From an uncultured delta proteobacterium (GTDB lineage: Bacteria; Desulfobacterota; Binatia; JACPRU01): 64,000 nt of DNA. Within the stretch, counting starts at the first letter, position 1, and every line of letters begins with the position of its first letter. The stretch is from contig CAVUWD010000014.1 in the NCBI GenBank assembly GCA_963745025.1, positions 96,001 to 160,000 on the forward strand, given 5' to 3'. The notes under the pieces are model-generated. The model was not told the origin of the DNA and searched no databases. It was given only the letters and a program-made list of their open reading frames with translations. Both the position numbers and the translations under genes were made by a program. This document shows, piece by piece, positions 29,763-39,510 of this stretch.

Positions 29763-30815
29763 ATGGCGATCAATCCGGACAAGCTGAACGAGTTCGTCGC
29801 CAAGGCCGTCGGTGACCTCGGCGCCACTCTCGGCGCCGCGCTCGTCGCGATCGGAGACAAGCTCGGCCTCTACCGGGCGATGAAGGAAGCGCCGGTCACG
29901 TCGGCGGAGCTGGCGAAGAAGACCGACACGCACGAACGGTACGTCCGCGAATGGCTTGCCGCCCAAGCGGCTGGCGGCTACGTCTCCTACGATCCGGAGA
30001 CCAGCCGCTACTTCCTCACCGAGGAGCAGGCGGAGTGTCTCACCAACGAGGAGAGCCCCGCCTGCGTGCTCGGCGGCTTCCAGGCGATGCTAGCCGCCAT
30101 GAAGACCTCGACGAAGGTGATGGACGGGTTCCGCACGGGCAAGGGCGTGGCTTGGCACGAGCATGACGCCGACCTCTTTCGCGGCACGGAGCGCTTCTTC
30201 CGCCCCGGCTACAACGCGAATCTCGCCGGCTCGTGGATTCCCGCTCTCGAAGGCGTCCTCGCGAAGCTCGAGTCGGGCGCGACGGTCGCCGACGTCGGCT
30301 GCGGACACGGCGCGTCGACGATCATCCTCGCCAAGGCCTTCCCCAAGTCGAAGTTCCGCGGCTTCGATTACCACAAGCCCTCGATCGACGCGGCCACCCA
30401 GCGCGCACGCGAGGCCGGCGTCACCGACCGCGTGACGTTCGAGGTCGCCTCTGCCAAGGACTATCCCGGGAGCTACGATCTCGTCGCCTTCTTCGACTGC
30501 CTCCACGACATGGGCGATCCCGTCGGCGCGGCCGCCCACGTGCGACAGTCTCTCGGTCGCGACGGGACCTGGATGCTCGTCGAGCCGTTCGCCAACGACA
30601 CGGTGGAGGAGAATCTGAACCCGATCGGGCGTATCTTCTATTCGGCCTCGACGCTCATCTGCTGCCCTGCCTCGCTCTCGCAGGAGGTCGGCGCCGCGCT
30701 CGGCGCCCAAGCGGGCGAGGCACGGATGCGCGAGGTCATGCAGAAAGCGGGCTTCACGCGGTTCCGGCGCGCAACCCAGACGCCATTCAATCTCGTCTAC
30801 GAGATCAGGCCGTAA
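29763..30815 (+). CDS. SAM-dependent methyltransferase with an N-terminal winged helix (Rv2258c-like)
   Basis: GDKLGLY, ERYVREWL, DVGCGHG, FDCLHDMGDP, TPFNLVYE. Confidence 0.9.
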   Translation: MAINPDKLNEFVAKAVGDLGATLGAALVAIGDKLGLYRAMKEAPVTSAELAKKTDTHERYVREWLAAQAAGGYVSYDPETSRYFLTEEQAECLTNEESPACVLGGFQAMLAAMKTSTKVMDGFRTGKGVAWHEHDADLFRGTERFFRPGYNANLAGSWIPALEGVLAKLESGATVADVGCGHGASTIILAKAFPKSKFRGFDYHKPSIDAATQRAREAGVTDRVTFEVASAKDYPGSYDLVAFFDCLHDMGDPVGAAAHVRQSLGRDGTWMLVEPFANDTVEENLNPIGRIFYSASTLICCPASLSQEVGAALGAQAGEARMREVMQKAGFTRFRRATQTPFNLVYEIRP

Positions 30816-30879
30816 TCGGCTACGGGCTTCAGGCTGCTACGGGTAAGACGCCACGGGGTCTTAGCCCGTTAGCCGCGAT

Positions 30880-31617
30880 TCATCCTTGCAACTGCTTCTT
30901 GAAGAACCCCTTCGTCCGCTCCCAAGCGAGCTTCGCCGCTTCTTCGTTATAGTCGGCGCGCTCGCGACAGAAGAAACCGTGGCCTGCGCCCTTGTACACG
31001 TGGATCTCGTAGTCCTTCTTCTCGCGCACGAGCGCCTGGCGGATTTCCTCGACCGCCGACGGCGGAATGTAAGAGTCGTTCTCGCCGAAGTGAAGCTGGA
31101 TCGCGGCGCGCATCTTCGCGGTGCGCGACACCGGCGCCGCGGCGCCCGGACCGAATTGCTGGCCGGCGATGCCTCCGCCGTAGAACGGGACCGCCGCGCG
31201 GATCGCCGGGACCTCGCAGGCGGCGAGGTAGCTGACGCGACCGCCCATGCAAAAGCCCGTGATGCCGATGCGATCGGCGCGAACGCCGCCGTCCGATTCC
31301 AGCGCGGCGACCGTCGCGCGCACATCGGCGACGATCTGCGCGTCGGTCCAGCGCCCCATCAAACCGATCGCCTGCTGCAGCTCGCCGTACCCCACCGCCG
31401 TGCCGCCTTCGCGGTAATAGAAATTCGGCGCCACCGCGTGGTAGCCCTCCGCGGCGATGCGCTCGGCGATCTCCTGGATGTTCCGGTTGAGGCCGAACGC
31501 CTCCTGCACGACGATCACCGCAGGCAGCTTGGCGCTCAGGCCTTTCGGCCGTGCCACGTGAGCCGACATCGTGCCATCGGGCGTCTTCACGCTCGCGCTT
31601 CGCGTCTCCACGTTCAT
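30880..31617 (-). CDS. Dienelactone hydrolase family protein
   Basis: VQEAFG, GFCMGG, FYG, GAGHGF. Confidence 0.92.
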   Translation of the reverse strand: MNVETRSASVKTPDGTMSAHVARPKGLSAKLPAVIVVQEAFGLNRNIQEIAERIAAEGYHAVAPNFYYREGGTAVGYGELQQAIGLMGRWTDAQIVADVRATVAALESDGGVRADRIGITGFCMGGRVSYLAACEVPAIRAAVPFYGGGIAGQQFGPGAAAPVSRTAKMRAAIQLHFGENDSYIPPSAVEEIRQALVREKKDYEIHVYKGAGHGFFCRERADYNEEAAKLAWERTKGFFKKQLQG

Positions 31618-31809
31618 GGTCTTTCCTCCTCTTCGATCGATGGGTCGCGACCGCAACTATCGCATTCGACCAACGACGCCAACCGACCTTCGGGCAGCGT
31701 CGTCGATTGCTTTCCCTCGTCTACGAAATCGGTGTCTACGAAATCGGCTTGACTACCGGGGTACGACCAGTTACTCGCCGTGGCTGCCACGCGGAAGGAG
31801 GATTCGCGG

Positions 31810-32268
31810 ATGACTGAGCCACTGTCGACGGAACGCACGTTCTTCAGCGCGGGGACCCGCATCCAAGGAACCCTGGAGCTCGACGGAGAGGTCAAGCTCG
31901 AAGGGCAGATCAAAGGCAAGGTGTCGGGTACCGGAGTGGTGATCGTCGGTGAGCAAGCAAATCTCGAAGCGGATGTGTTCGCGCCCTCGATCGTCGTGCA
32001 CGGCGTCGTGCGCGGCGAGATCCACGCGACCGAACGCCTCGAGCTGCATCGCACGGCTCGTGTGAAGGGATTGATCCGCGCGCCGCGGATTCGCATCGAC
32101 GAAGGAGCGGCCTTCGAAGGCGAGTGTCGGATGGCGTCCAAGGACGCGGCGGCTAAGGCGGAGCCGCCGAAGGAAGAGAAGCGCTCCACCCCGCTGGCGC
32201 TGACCCCGCCTGCCGGGCAGGCAGGCCCTGCGACGCGGCCGCCCCCGAAGACCGCCGCCCAGAGCTAG
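31810..32268 (+). CDS. Bactofilin (polymer-forming cytoskeletal protein)
   Basis: GT.IQGTL...G.IKG...IVGE.A...V.G.I...I.IDEGA.FEGEC.M. Confidence 0.9.
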   Translation: MTEPLSTERTFFSAGTRIQGTLELDGEVKLEGQIKGKVSGTGVVIVGEQANLEADVFAPSIVVHGVVRGEIHATERLELHRTARVKGLIRAPRIRIDEGAAFEGECRMASKDAAAKAEPPKEEKRSTPLALTPPAGQAGPATRPPPKTAAQS

Positions 32269-32283
32269 AACGGAGCTAAGATA

Positions 32284-32640
32284 CTAGGACGGGGCGGAGA
32301 CGATCGAGGCCCCTCCCGACCGCTCGTCGCTCTCGTGCCGGAGGCGTGAGATTTCTTCGTCCCGCGCCCGGAGCTGGCGCTCGAGGATCTGCACGCGCAG
32401 CTCGAACTGACGAAGCGTTCCGATCTCCTGAACCGCCTCGGTCAGCCGGCGCTCGAGCTTGCCGCGCACCAGGCGCAGGCGGCGGACCTTTCTCTCCAGG
32501 GCCTCGACGGCTTGCCGGCCGAGCGGCGCCGCCTTCCGAGCGCGCCTCGGCTTCTTCGCGGATCGCTTCGGTCGCGGCGACTTCTTCGCCCCTCGCCGGC
32601 TTCGGCTCGGCGCTTTCGCGCGTCTGCGGGTCGGCTTCAT
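32284..32640 (-). CDS. Hypothetical protein with a basic N-terminus and a coiled coil
   Basis: Lys/Arg-rich first ~40 aa followed by heptad-like LERKV...LERRL...LERQL. Confidence 0.65.
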   Translation of the reverse strand: MKPTRRRAKAPSRSRRGAKKSPRPKRSAKKPRRARKAAPLGRQAVEALERKVRRLRLVRGKLERRLTEAVQEIGTLRQFELRVQILERQLRARDEEISRLRHESDERSGGASIVSAPS

Positions 32641-32687
32641 CGACCGCCGCTTTTACTGTGGAAGCGCCGCCAGCGGCAAGCGTGAAT

Positions 32688-33617
32688 TCAATAGATCGAG
32701 GGCTCGCCGAGCGGGCGGGTGCGCCAGCGCTTGTGCATCCAGATCCAGTGGTCGGGATGCTGGCGGACCATCGCTTCGAACACGCGGTTGAAGCGGCGCG
32801 TGTTCTCGACCGTATCGCGCTCGCGGCCCCCGCCGCGCACGGTCTCGACGCGCGGCAGGATGACGATCTCGTGTCGCGGCGATCTGTCCTTTCGCACCAG
32901 AAACACCGGATAGACCGGTGCTCCCGACAGCTCATGCAGGCGCGCCAGGCCCGGATGCGTCGACGCGGGGACGCCGAAAAACTCCGCAAAGACGCCCCAG
33001 CGGCCGGTGGCGTTCTGATCGAACGGCACGGCGACGATCCCACGCTGCCTGAGCACCTGGATGATCTCGTGCGCGGCCCGGCGCTTGGAGATCAGCACGG
33101 TCCCGGAGCGTCGTCGCTCGGCGTTGACGAAATCGTCGAACCGCGGATTGCGAAACGGCCGGTGCACCAGATGGATCGGGTTCCCGTAGATGCCGATTGC
33201 GTGCGCGAGGAGCTCCCAGTTGCCGAAATGGCCGGTGAGCACGAGGATGCCGGTCGAGCCGATGATCGTCTGCGCCTCGCCGTACCAGAATTCCGGATCC
33301 TGGAACGTGACGCGCTCGCCGATTGTTTCCTTGGTCAGCCGGTACATGTGACACCACTCGGCGGCGAAGCGGCCGAAGTTGCGCCAGGACTCGCGAAGGA
33401 TCTCGAGGCGCTCGGTTTCGGGCTTCTGCGGGAACGCGATCCGGAGATTGACGAGCGCGACGCGCCGCTGCGGGCGGGCGATCACGTAGGCGAGATCGCC
33501 GAGCCGCTCACCGAGCCGGAACGCGTTGTCGAACCCGAGCCCGCGAAACATCTTCACCGGCACGGAAAAACAGGCGAACTCGAGCTTGGCTCGCAGCGGT
33601 GACAACGGGCGCGGCAA
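32688..33617 (-). CDS. Lipid A lauroyl/myristoyl acyltransferase family protein (start uncertain)
   Basis: GHFGNWE, DQ, FFG.PA and P..W.WMHKRW motifs. Confidence 0.88.
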   Translation of the reverse strand: MPRPLSPLRAKLEFACFSVPVKMFRGLGFDNAFRLGERLGDLAYVIARPQRRVALVNLRIAFPQKPETERLEILRESWRNFGRFAAEWCHMYRLTKETIGERVTFQDPEFWYGEAQTIIGSTGILVLTGHFGNWELLAHAIGIYGNPIHLVHRPFRNPRFDDFVNAERRRSGTVLISKRRAAHEIIQVLRQRGIVAVPFDQNATGRWGVFAEFFGVPASTHPGLARLHELSGAPVYPVFLVRKDRSPRHEIVILPRVETVRGGGRERDTVENTRRFNRVFEAMVRQHPDHWIWMHKRWRTRPLGEPSIY

Positions 33618-33675
33618 GAGGGCTTGGTTTAGCCTTCGCGAGCGTCTACTTCCAGAGAGGGACGGAGGAGATTCC

Positions 33676-34398
33676 ATGATCCGCATCCGAAAGAGCGCCG
33701 AGCGCGGCCACGGAGAGCATGGCTGGCTCGACACCCGACACACGTTCTCGTTCGCGGATTACTACGATCCGCGGCACATGGGCTTCCGGGCGCTGCGCGT
33801 GATCAACGACGACCGCGTGGCGCCGCGAATGGGATTTCCCTCGCACCCTCATCGCGACATGGAGATCCTCACCTACGTAATCGAGGGCGCGCTCGCGCAC
33901 GAGGACAGCATGGGCAACGGGTCCGTGATCCGCGCGGGCGACGTACAGCGAATGAGCGCCGGCACGGGAATCGTCCACAGCGAGGTCAACGCCTCGCCGT
34001 CGCAGGCGCTGCGTCTCTTACAAATCTGGATCCTGCCCGAGCGCCAGGGACTGCCGCCGAGCTACGAGCAGAAGACCTTCTCGGAGAGCGAGAAGCGCGG
34101 TCGCCTGCGGCGCGTCGTCTCGCGCGATGGCGCCGAAGGCTCGGTCAGCATCCACCAGGACGTAGACGTCTACGCCACGGTCCTCCGCGCCGGCCAGGTG
34201 GTCCGGCACACGCTCCGCCCCGGCCGCCACGCCTGGCTGCAAGTCGCCGAGGGGGCGGTGACGTTGAACGGCCGGGTGCTCGAAGCCGGTGACGGCGCGG
34301 CGGCGAGCGACGAGACGACGCTCGAGCTTGGCGGGGAGGGGCCGCAAGCAGGGCGTGACGAGGGCGGAGCCGAGGCCCTGCTCTTCGACCTAGCGTAG
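33676..34398 (+). CDS. Pirin family protein (YhhW-like)
   Basis: HTFSFADYYDP, HPHRDMEI, MSAGTGIVHSE, LLFDL. Confidence 0.95.
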   Translation: MIRIRKSAERGHGEHGWLDTRHTFSFADYYDPRHMGFRALRVINDDRVAPRMGFPSHPHRDMEILTYVIEGALAHEDSMGNGSVIRAGDVQRMSAGTGIVHSEVNASPSQALRLLQIWILPERQGLPPSYEQKTFSESEKRGRLRRVVSRDGAEGSVSIHQDVDVYATVLRAGQVVRHTLRPGRHAWLQVAEGAVTLNGRVLEAGDGAAASDETTLELGGEGPQAGRDEGGAEALLFDLA

Positions 34399-34602
34399 GG
34401 CGGGTGGCATGCGCGCAGCCTACGCAGTGCTCGCTGGCGACTCCGCCACGCGCCTCGACGACTGCGGCAAGTCGGGCGGCGGAGCCCACACGAATCCGGG
34501 CAGCCACGGCAGCTCCAGCGGCTACCAGCACCCCGGCGGAAGTAGCCCCCGCCGGGCGGCACCCTTCCAGCGTCCACCCGGTTATTCTAGTCTCCCCGCC
34601 GC

Positions 34603-35751
34603 GTGGGCCGGACTGGGCGGATCATTCTCTGGCTGCTGCTCCTCGTCGTCGGCGCCTTGCTGGCGCTCGTGCGCTTCACGCTCGGCGGCGGCGAACGCAT
34701 GAAGGACCGGACGACCTATCCGACGCTTCCCGCTTCCGCATTGCAGGTCGTGGCCGACTTGCCACTCCCGCCCGGAAACCTTGCAGTGTCGAAAGGTGGC
34801 CGGATCTTTTTCACGTTCCATCCCGAAGCGAGCCCCGCGATTCATGTCGCCGAGCTGGTCGACGGCAAACCCGTTCCCTATCCTGACGAAGCCTTCCAGA
34901 AGGCCGAGCGCGCAACGCCTCACTTCCGGACGCCGCTGGCGGTACGGATCGACCGCCAGGATCACCTGTGGGTTCTCGACCACGGCGGCTACGGTATCAC
35001 GGGTCAGCCACGGATCCTCGCGTTCGACCTGAAGACCAACCAGCTGATCGATCACTACGAGTTCCCACCGAGCATCGCGGGCATGTTGTCGATGCTGAAT
35101 GACTTCCAGGTCGATCCGGAAGGAAGAAAGATCTACATAGCCGACACGAGTCTCTTCGCCAGGCACCCGGCGCTCATCGTCTACGACGCCAAGAACAGAA
35201 CCAGCCGTCGCCTGCTCGATCGCCACTCGTCGGTGATGCCGAAGGACTACCTCATGAACGCTGCCGGTCGCGACATGATCTTCTTCGGGCTGGTGACTCT
35301 CGAGATCGGCGTCGACTCGATCGCCCTCGACAAGCAGGGGAAGTGGCTCTACTTCGCGCCCGTTTCCGACAGCCGCATGTTTCGGATCGCCGTGCGCGAC
35401 CTGAACGACGAGTCGTTGAGCCCCGGGGCACTCGGCGAGAAGGTGGAAATCTGGGGGCGAAAGACCCTGAGCGACGGCATCACCATGGACCTCGAGGACG
35501 ACATCTACATCTCGGATATGGAGCACTCGGCGATCTTGGAGCTGCGGCCAGACCACACGCTGGTGACTCTTCTCAAAGACGAACGCCTGCGCTGGCCGGA
35601 CGGCTTCAGCTTCGGGCCCGACGGCTGGCTCTACGTGAGCTGCAGCGCGCTCCACCAGGTGATCCTGCGAAGCAGCCGCGCGATTCACGCGCGTGCGCCC
35701 TATCAAATCTTCCGCTTCAAGCCCGGGCCGGCCGGCGTGCCGGGGCACTGA
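34603..35751 (+). CDS. Major royal jelly/Yellow-like beta-propeller protein, exported or membrane-anchored
   Basis: N-terminal TM segment, GN.AVS..GRIF, LWVLD.G, NDFQVD, WPDGFS. Confidence 0.8.
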   Translation: MGRTGRIILWLLLLVVGALLALVRFTLGGGERMKDRTTYPTLPASALQVVADLPLPPGNLAVSKGGRIFFTFHPEASPAIHVAELVDGKPVPYPDEAFQKAERATPHFRTPLAVRIDRQDHLWVLDHGGYGITGQPRILAFDLKTNQLIDHYEFPPSIAGMLSMLNDFQVDPEGRKIYIADTSLFARHPALIVYDAKNRTSRRLLDRHSSVMPKDYLMNAAGRDMIFFGLVTLEIGVDSIALDKQGKWLYFAPVSDSRMFRIAVRDLNDESLSPGALGEKVEIWGRKTLSDGITMDLEDDIYISDMEHSAILELRPDHTLVTLLKDERLRWPDGFSFGPDGWLYVSCSALHQVILRSSRAIHARAPYQIFRFKPGPAGVPGH

Positions 35752-35769
35752 GCTTTTCGCGAAGCCAGG

Positions 35770-36212
35770 AAGGGGCCTGCGGAGAATCGGCCAGAAGTAC
35801 GCGTGCGCGTCCTCCAAATGCGTCGGCCAATCGACGAGGAGTGTAGCAACAAGCTCGCCGTGAAGAACTCGCCCGTACGGTTTCTTCGCCATAGGAACCA
35901 CGCGCCGAGCAGGAGAAAGATCGGGATCGAGTGAAACGCATCGAATACCGTTTGCCAGCGGGGCTCGAAGTAGAGGGTTCCGAAGATCCGCTCCATCGGC
36001 TCGCGTCGGACCGCGGCTTCGAACAGGAAGAATGCGAGTATCGGTAGGTCGGGCACTACGGCCCCCAGCAGGATCCAGCCGCGGGGAGCCCCGCGCACGA
36101 TTCCGAGGGCTAGCTCGGTAAGATGTGTGTATCCCCTTTGATGGCGCCCAACGGGCGCGATCCGTGAGGTACGCTCCTAGGACGTTGAGGGCGGCGTGAG
36201 TCGGGGTGTGCA
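35770..36212 (-). pseudogene. Disrupted membrane protein, probably a metal-dependent hydrolase-like family
   Basis: Removing 36114-36180 restores MHTPTHAALNVLALGIVRGAPRGWILLGAVVPDLP...FHS. A further -1 shift gives LVDWPTHLEDAHAYFWP, after which it appears truncated. Confidence 0.75.
36110..36180. mobile_element. 63-bp non-autonomous hairpin element with a CTAG target duplication
   Basis: CTAG at 36110-36113 and 36177-36180. It interrupts a reading frame and has a homologue at 9753-9822. Confidence 0.85.
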
Positions 36213-36223
36213 CCGCCGCGCGA

Positions 36224-36691
36224 TCAGACGTCTCGCTTGAGCGTCCGTTGCTCGGCGGCACGCAGCCGCTCGAGGGGCCTGTCCGCCGCAGCCCGCGGGA
36301 CCGAAGGCGTCCGGCTCTTGAGGATCTTCAGCACCTCGCTTTCTACGTTTCGTTCCCTCGTTCGTGACAGCTGCCGGCCGCGACTGAGCATCCACAGAAT
36401 CGCCAGGACTGCGAGGATCGGAAAGGCGTGCGGCACGACCGCCAGGATCACGAGCACGGCGACGATCCAGACGATCCTCGGTACACTGCGCAGCTTCGGC
36501 GAGAGCTCCTTCAGCGCCTGAGCCGAAGCCGCCGAGCCGGCGCCCGTTTTGGTCGCCTGGCTCGCCGCCTCCGTTGCGACGGCGACCGCGGAGGCGAGGC
36601 TCAGGCCCGCCGGCGATCGGCCGCAGTTCGGGCAGCGCTCGAGTGAATCGCTGGTGTCGATGCCGCAACTTTTGCAGCGAACGAGCGCCAT
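36224..36691 (-). CDS. Hypothetical membrane protein with an N-terminal zinc ribbon
   Basis: MALVRCKSCG...CPNCG and two hydrophobic segments. Confidence 0.7.
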   Translation of the reverse strand: MALVRCKSCGIDTSDSLERCPNCGRSPAGLSLASAVAVATEAASQATKTGAGSAASAQALKELSPKLRSVPRIVWIVAVLVILAVVPHAFPILAVLAILWMLSRGRQLSRTRERNVESEVLKILKSRTPSVPRAAADRPLERLRAAEQRTLKRDV

Positions 36692-36701
36692 CCGAAATGG
36701 C

Positions 36702-36889
36702 TCAGAAGTTCAGCTGGAGGCCGGGCCGCGGACATTCATCGACGCGAGCTTCCCGGTTCCCGAAAGCGTGATGTAGGCGGTGCTGAGATCGCGGCCGCCG
36801 AAGCAGATGTTGGTGGCGAGCGGATCGGGCATCGCAACCGGGCCTTCGGGAAACTGGAGTCCTGAGGCGATCTCGCGGATCTCGGCCAT
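36702..36889 (-). pseudogene. SMP-30/gluconolactonase with a large internal deletion
   Basis: GAGGAG RBS; MAEIREIASGLQFPEGPVAMPD is fused directly to PLATNICFGGRDLSTAYITLSGTGKL; PRPGLQLNF* follows in a shifted frame. Confidence 0.85.
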
Positions 36890-37045
36890 GGGGCTTCTCC
36901 TCGTTCGTTCGCTGCGACCCTACGATACACGACGTCGCCGTGGACAACGAGCATCGCCGAGGCCGCGCCGACGCCGTGGACTCGGCGGCCTCCGAGTCGC
37001 CGCCTCTCGCCAACGGGCAGAGGGGATTCGTGGCGACCAGGGCCA

Positions 37046-38275
37046 CTACACGCGGGCAGCAAGTGCGGCGCGGAAATCCGGATGCGCGATCGCGACGAGC
37101 GCCTCGGCTCGCGCGCGGAGCTCTTTGCCTCTCAGGCGAGCGACGCCGTATTCGGTGACCACCGTGTCGATGGCATAGCGAGGCGTGGTGACCGGCGTGC
37201 CCGGCAGGAAGCGCGCGACGATGCGCGAGCGTTTGCCGTCCTCGGTCGTCGACGGCAGCGCGAGGATCGAGATCCCGCCGCGGCTCTGGGTTGCGGCTTC
37301 GATGTAATCGAGGCTCCCGCCGACCCCGCTGATCTGCACGTCGCCGATCGTCTCACCGTTCGCCTGCCCCTGAAGATCGACCTCGACGGTCGAATTGATC
37401 GACACGAAGCGCGCCAAGCGCGCGAGCGTGGCCACGTCGTGCGTGACGCGGCTCGTCGCCATGCGCACGAGGCGCGTCCGCCCGCAAAACTCGTAGAACT
37501 TCGCGTCGCCGACGAGTTCGCCGGTCGTGACCTTCGGCGTATGCTTCGCCGATTCGACGAAGGTCTCGAGCCCTTGAGAAAGCATGCCGGAGAAGAGATT
37601 CACCCCACGCTTTTCCGCCAGGCGCGAGAGTACCCGGTCGGGGATCGCGCCGAGGCCGAGCTGCACCACGGCGCCCTCGGGAACGAGGTCGAGCACGCGA
37701 TCGACGATCTGCCGGTCGCGCTCGTTCGGCGGCGGCCTGCGGTACTCGCCGAGCGGCGCATCGGATTCGACCGCGAGGTCGATACGCTCGACCGGCACTC
37801 GACTGTTTCCCGCGGTCCACGGCATGTGCGGGTTGACCTCGGCGATCACCAGCTTCGCCGCGCGCACGAAGTCTTGGTTGAGGGCGACCGAGATGCCGAG
37901 GCTCACCTCGCCCCTCCGAGGCGGCGAGACCTGTACGAGCAAGACGTCGGGGCGGATCGACCCCGCTCGCGAGACCACGCGATGGATGTCGCCGAAGCGG
38001 ATCGGCACATAGCCGATCTTGCCGGCGGAAACGAGCGGCCGCAGGCGCGGCGATGCCTGCCAGGTCACGTAGTGGAAGTGTTCGCCGAGGCCGCGATCGA
38101 GGAAGCGATAGTCGCCGAAGGACAAGCCCGAGTAGATCGTCAGATCGCGAAACCGCTCGACCTCGTCGCCGAACGCCCGGTAGAGCTCGACGAGATCGAC
38201 GGTGCCGTGCGGGAAGATCACCGCCGAGCCGTCGGGAATGGCGCGGATCGCCTCGCTCGCGGTCACCTTCCTCAC
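37046..38275 (-). CDS. Acetyl-CoA hydrolase/4-hydroxybutyrate CoA-transferase family protein
   Basis: IAEVNP.MP, QLGLGAIP, SINS..EVDL.GQ.N.E, SGVGG, VTEYGVA.LRG, IAHPDFR. Confidence 0.88.
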   Translation of the reverse strand: MRKVTASEAIRAIPDGSAVIFPHGTVDLVELYRAFGDEVERFRDLTIYSGLSFGDYRFLDRGLGEHFHYVTWQASPRLRPLVSAGKIGYVPIRFGDIHRVVSRAGSIRPDVLLVQVSPPRRGEVSLGISVALNQDFVRAAKLVIAEVNPHMPWTAGNSRVPVERIDLAVESDAPLGEYRRPPPNERDRQIVDRVLDLVPEGAVVQLGLGAIPDRVLSRLAEKRGVNLFSGMLSQGLETFVESAKHTPKVTTGELVGDAKFYEFCGRTRLVRMATSRVTHDVATLARLARFVSINSTVEVDLQGQANGETIGDVQISGVGGSLDYIEAATQSRGGISILALPSTTEDGKRSRIVARFLPGTPVTTPRYAIDTVVTEYGVARLRGKELRARAEALVAIAHPDFRAALAARV

Positions 38276-38343
38276 GCGGAGGTCTTCCCAGATCGTAGTT
38301 CTCGTGTCTATGTTTCCGGGCGAGCAGAACCGCGGAGGACACG

Positions 38344-39510
38344 ATGGACTTCGAGCTCACGGGGGAGCAGCAAGACATCCGCAATCAGGTACAGGCGCTC
38401 TGCGCGCGATTCCCGGACGAGTACTGGCGGGAGCGCGACCGGACGGCCGAGTTTCCCTGGGAGTTTTACCAGGCGATCGCCGGCGCCGGCTGGCTCGGCA
38501 TCACCATCCCGCGCGAGTACGGCGGAGCCGGCCTCGGTATCACCGAGGCGTCGCTCGTCATGCAGACGGTGGCCGAATCGGGCGGCGGCACGCAGGCCTG
38601 CTCGTCGATCCATCTCGGCATCTTCGGCCTCGAGCCGCTGCTCAAGTATGGCACCGAGTCCGCCAAGGGGAAGTACCTGCCGGAGATCCTGAGCGGCAAG
38701 ATGCACGTCTCCTTCGCGGTCACGGAGCCCGATGCGGGCACCAACACGACCGAGATCACGACCTTCGCGACGCGCAAGGGGGACGGGTACGTCGTCACCG
38801 GTCGCAAGGTCTTCATCACCAAGGCGCGCGAGTCCCAGAAGATGCTGCTGCTCACGCGCACGACGCCGATCGAGCAGGTGAAGAAGAAAACCGACGGGAT
38901 GACGCTCTTCTTCGCCGACATCGATCGCAGCGCGGTCGAGGTCCGCGAGCTCCACAAGTGCGGCCGCTCCGCCGTCGACACCAACATGCTCTTCATCGAC
39001 AACCTCTACGTCGCGCTCGAGGATCGCGTCGGCGAAGAGGGCAAGGGATTCTCCTACATTCTCGACGGCATCAATCCCGAGCGCATCCTCATCGCCGCCG
39101 AGGCGATCGGCATGGGCAAGCGGGCGCTCGACCGCGCCGTGCGCTACGCCAAGGAGCGCGTGGTCTTCCACCGCCCGATCGGCATGAACCAGGGCATCCA
39201 GTTTCCGCTCGCGGACTCGGCCGCGAAGCTCGAGACGGCGGAGCTCATGGTCTACAAGGCCGCCTGGCTCTACGACCACGGCCGGCCCTGCGGCAAAGAG
39301 GCGAACATCGCCAAGTACATGTCCGCCGACGCCTGCTTCGAGGCCGCCGACCGCGCCATGCAGACGCACGGCGGCTACGGCTACATCAAGGATTACGACG
39401 TCGAGCGCTACTGGCGCGAGTGTCGCCTCTTCCGCATCGCGCCGATCTCGCAGGAGATGGTGCTCAACTATGTCGGCGAGCACGTGCTGGGGCTGCCGCG
39501 ATCGTACTGA
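38344..39510 (+). CDS. Acyl-CoA dehydrogenase
   Basis: FAVTEPDAG, G.KVFI, NPERILIAAE, NQGIQFPLA, HGGYGY. Confidence 0.93.
   Translation: MDFELTGEQQDIRNQVQALCARFPDEYWRERDRTAEFPWEFYQAIAGAGWLGITIPREYGGAGLGITEASLVMQTVAESGGGTQACSSIHLGIFGLEPLLKYGTESAKGKYLPEILSGKMHVSFAVTEPDAGTNTTEITTFATRKGDGYVVTGRKVFITKARESQKMLLLTRTTPIEQVKKKTDGMTLFFADIDRSAVEVRELHKCGRSAVDTNMLFIDNLYVALEDRVGEEGKGFSYILDGINPERILIAAEAIGMGKRALDRAVRYAKERVVFHRPIGMNQGIQFPLADSAAKLETAELMVYKAAWLYDHGRPCGKEANIAKYMSADACFEAADRAMQTHGGYGYIKDYDVERYWRECRLFRIAPISQEMVLNYVGEHVLGLPRSY

Noticed and set aside
30816-30875. Imperfect dyad between convergent genes (similar ones at 46054-46110 and 55859-55877)
   Set aside because: These are ordinary intergenic hairpins, probably terminators or REP-like sequences, with no further evidence.
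34390-34590. CTAG-to-CTAG interval after pirin as another inserted element
   Set aside because: It has no similarity to the 63-bp element and no restored frame. Only a short GTAG...CTAC REP-like dyad (34395-34423) is visible.
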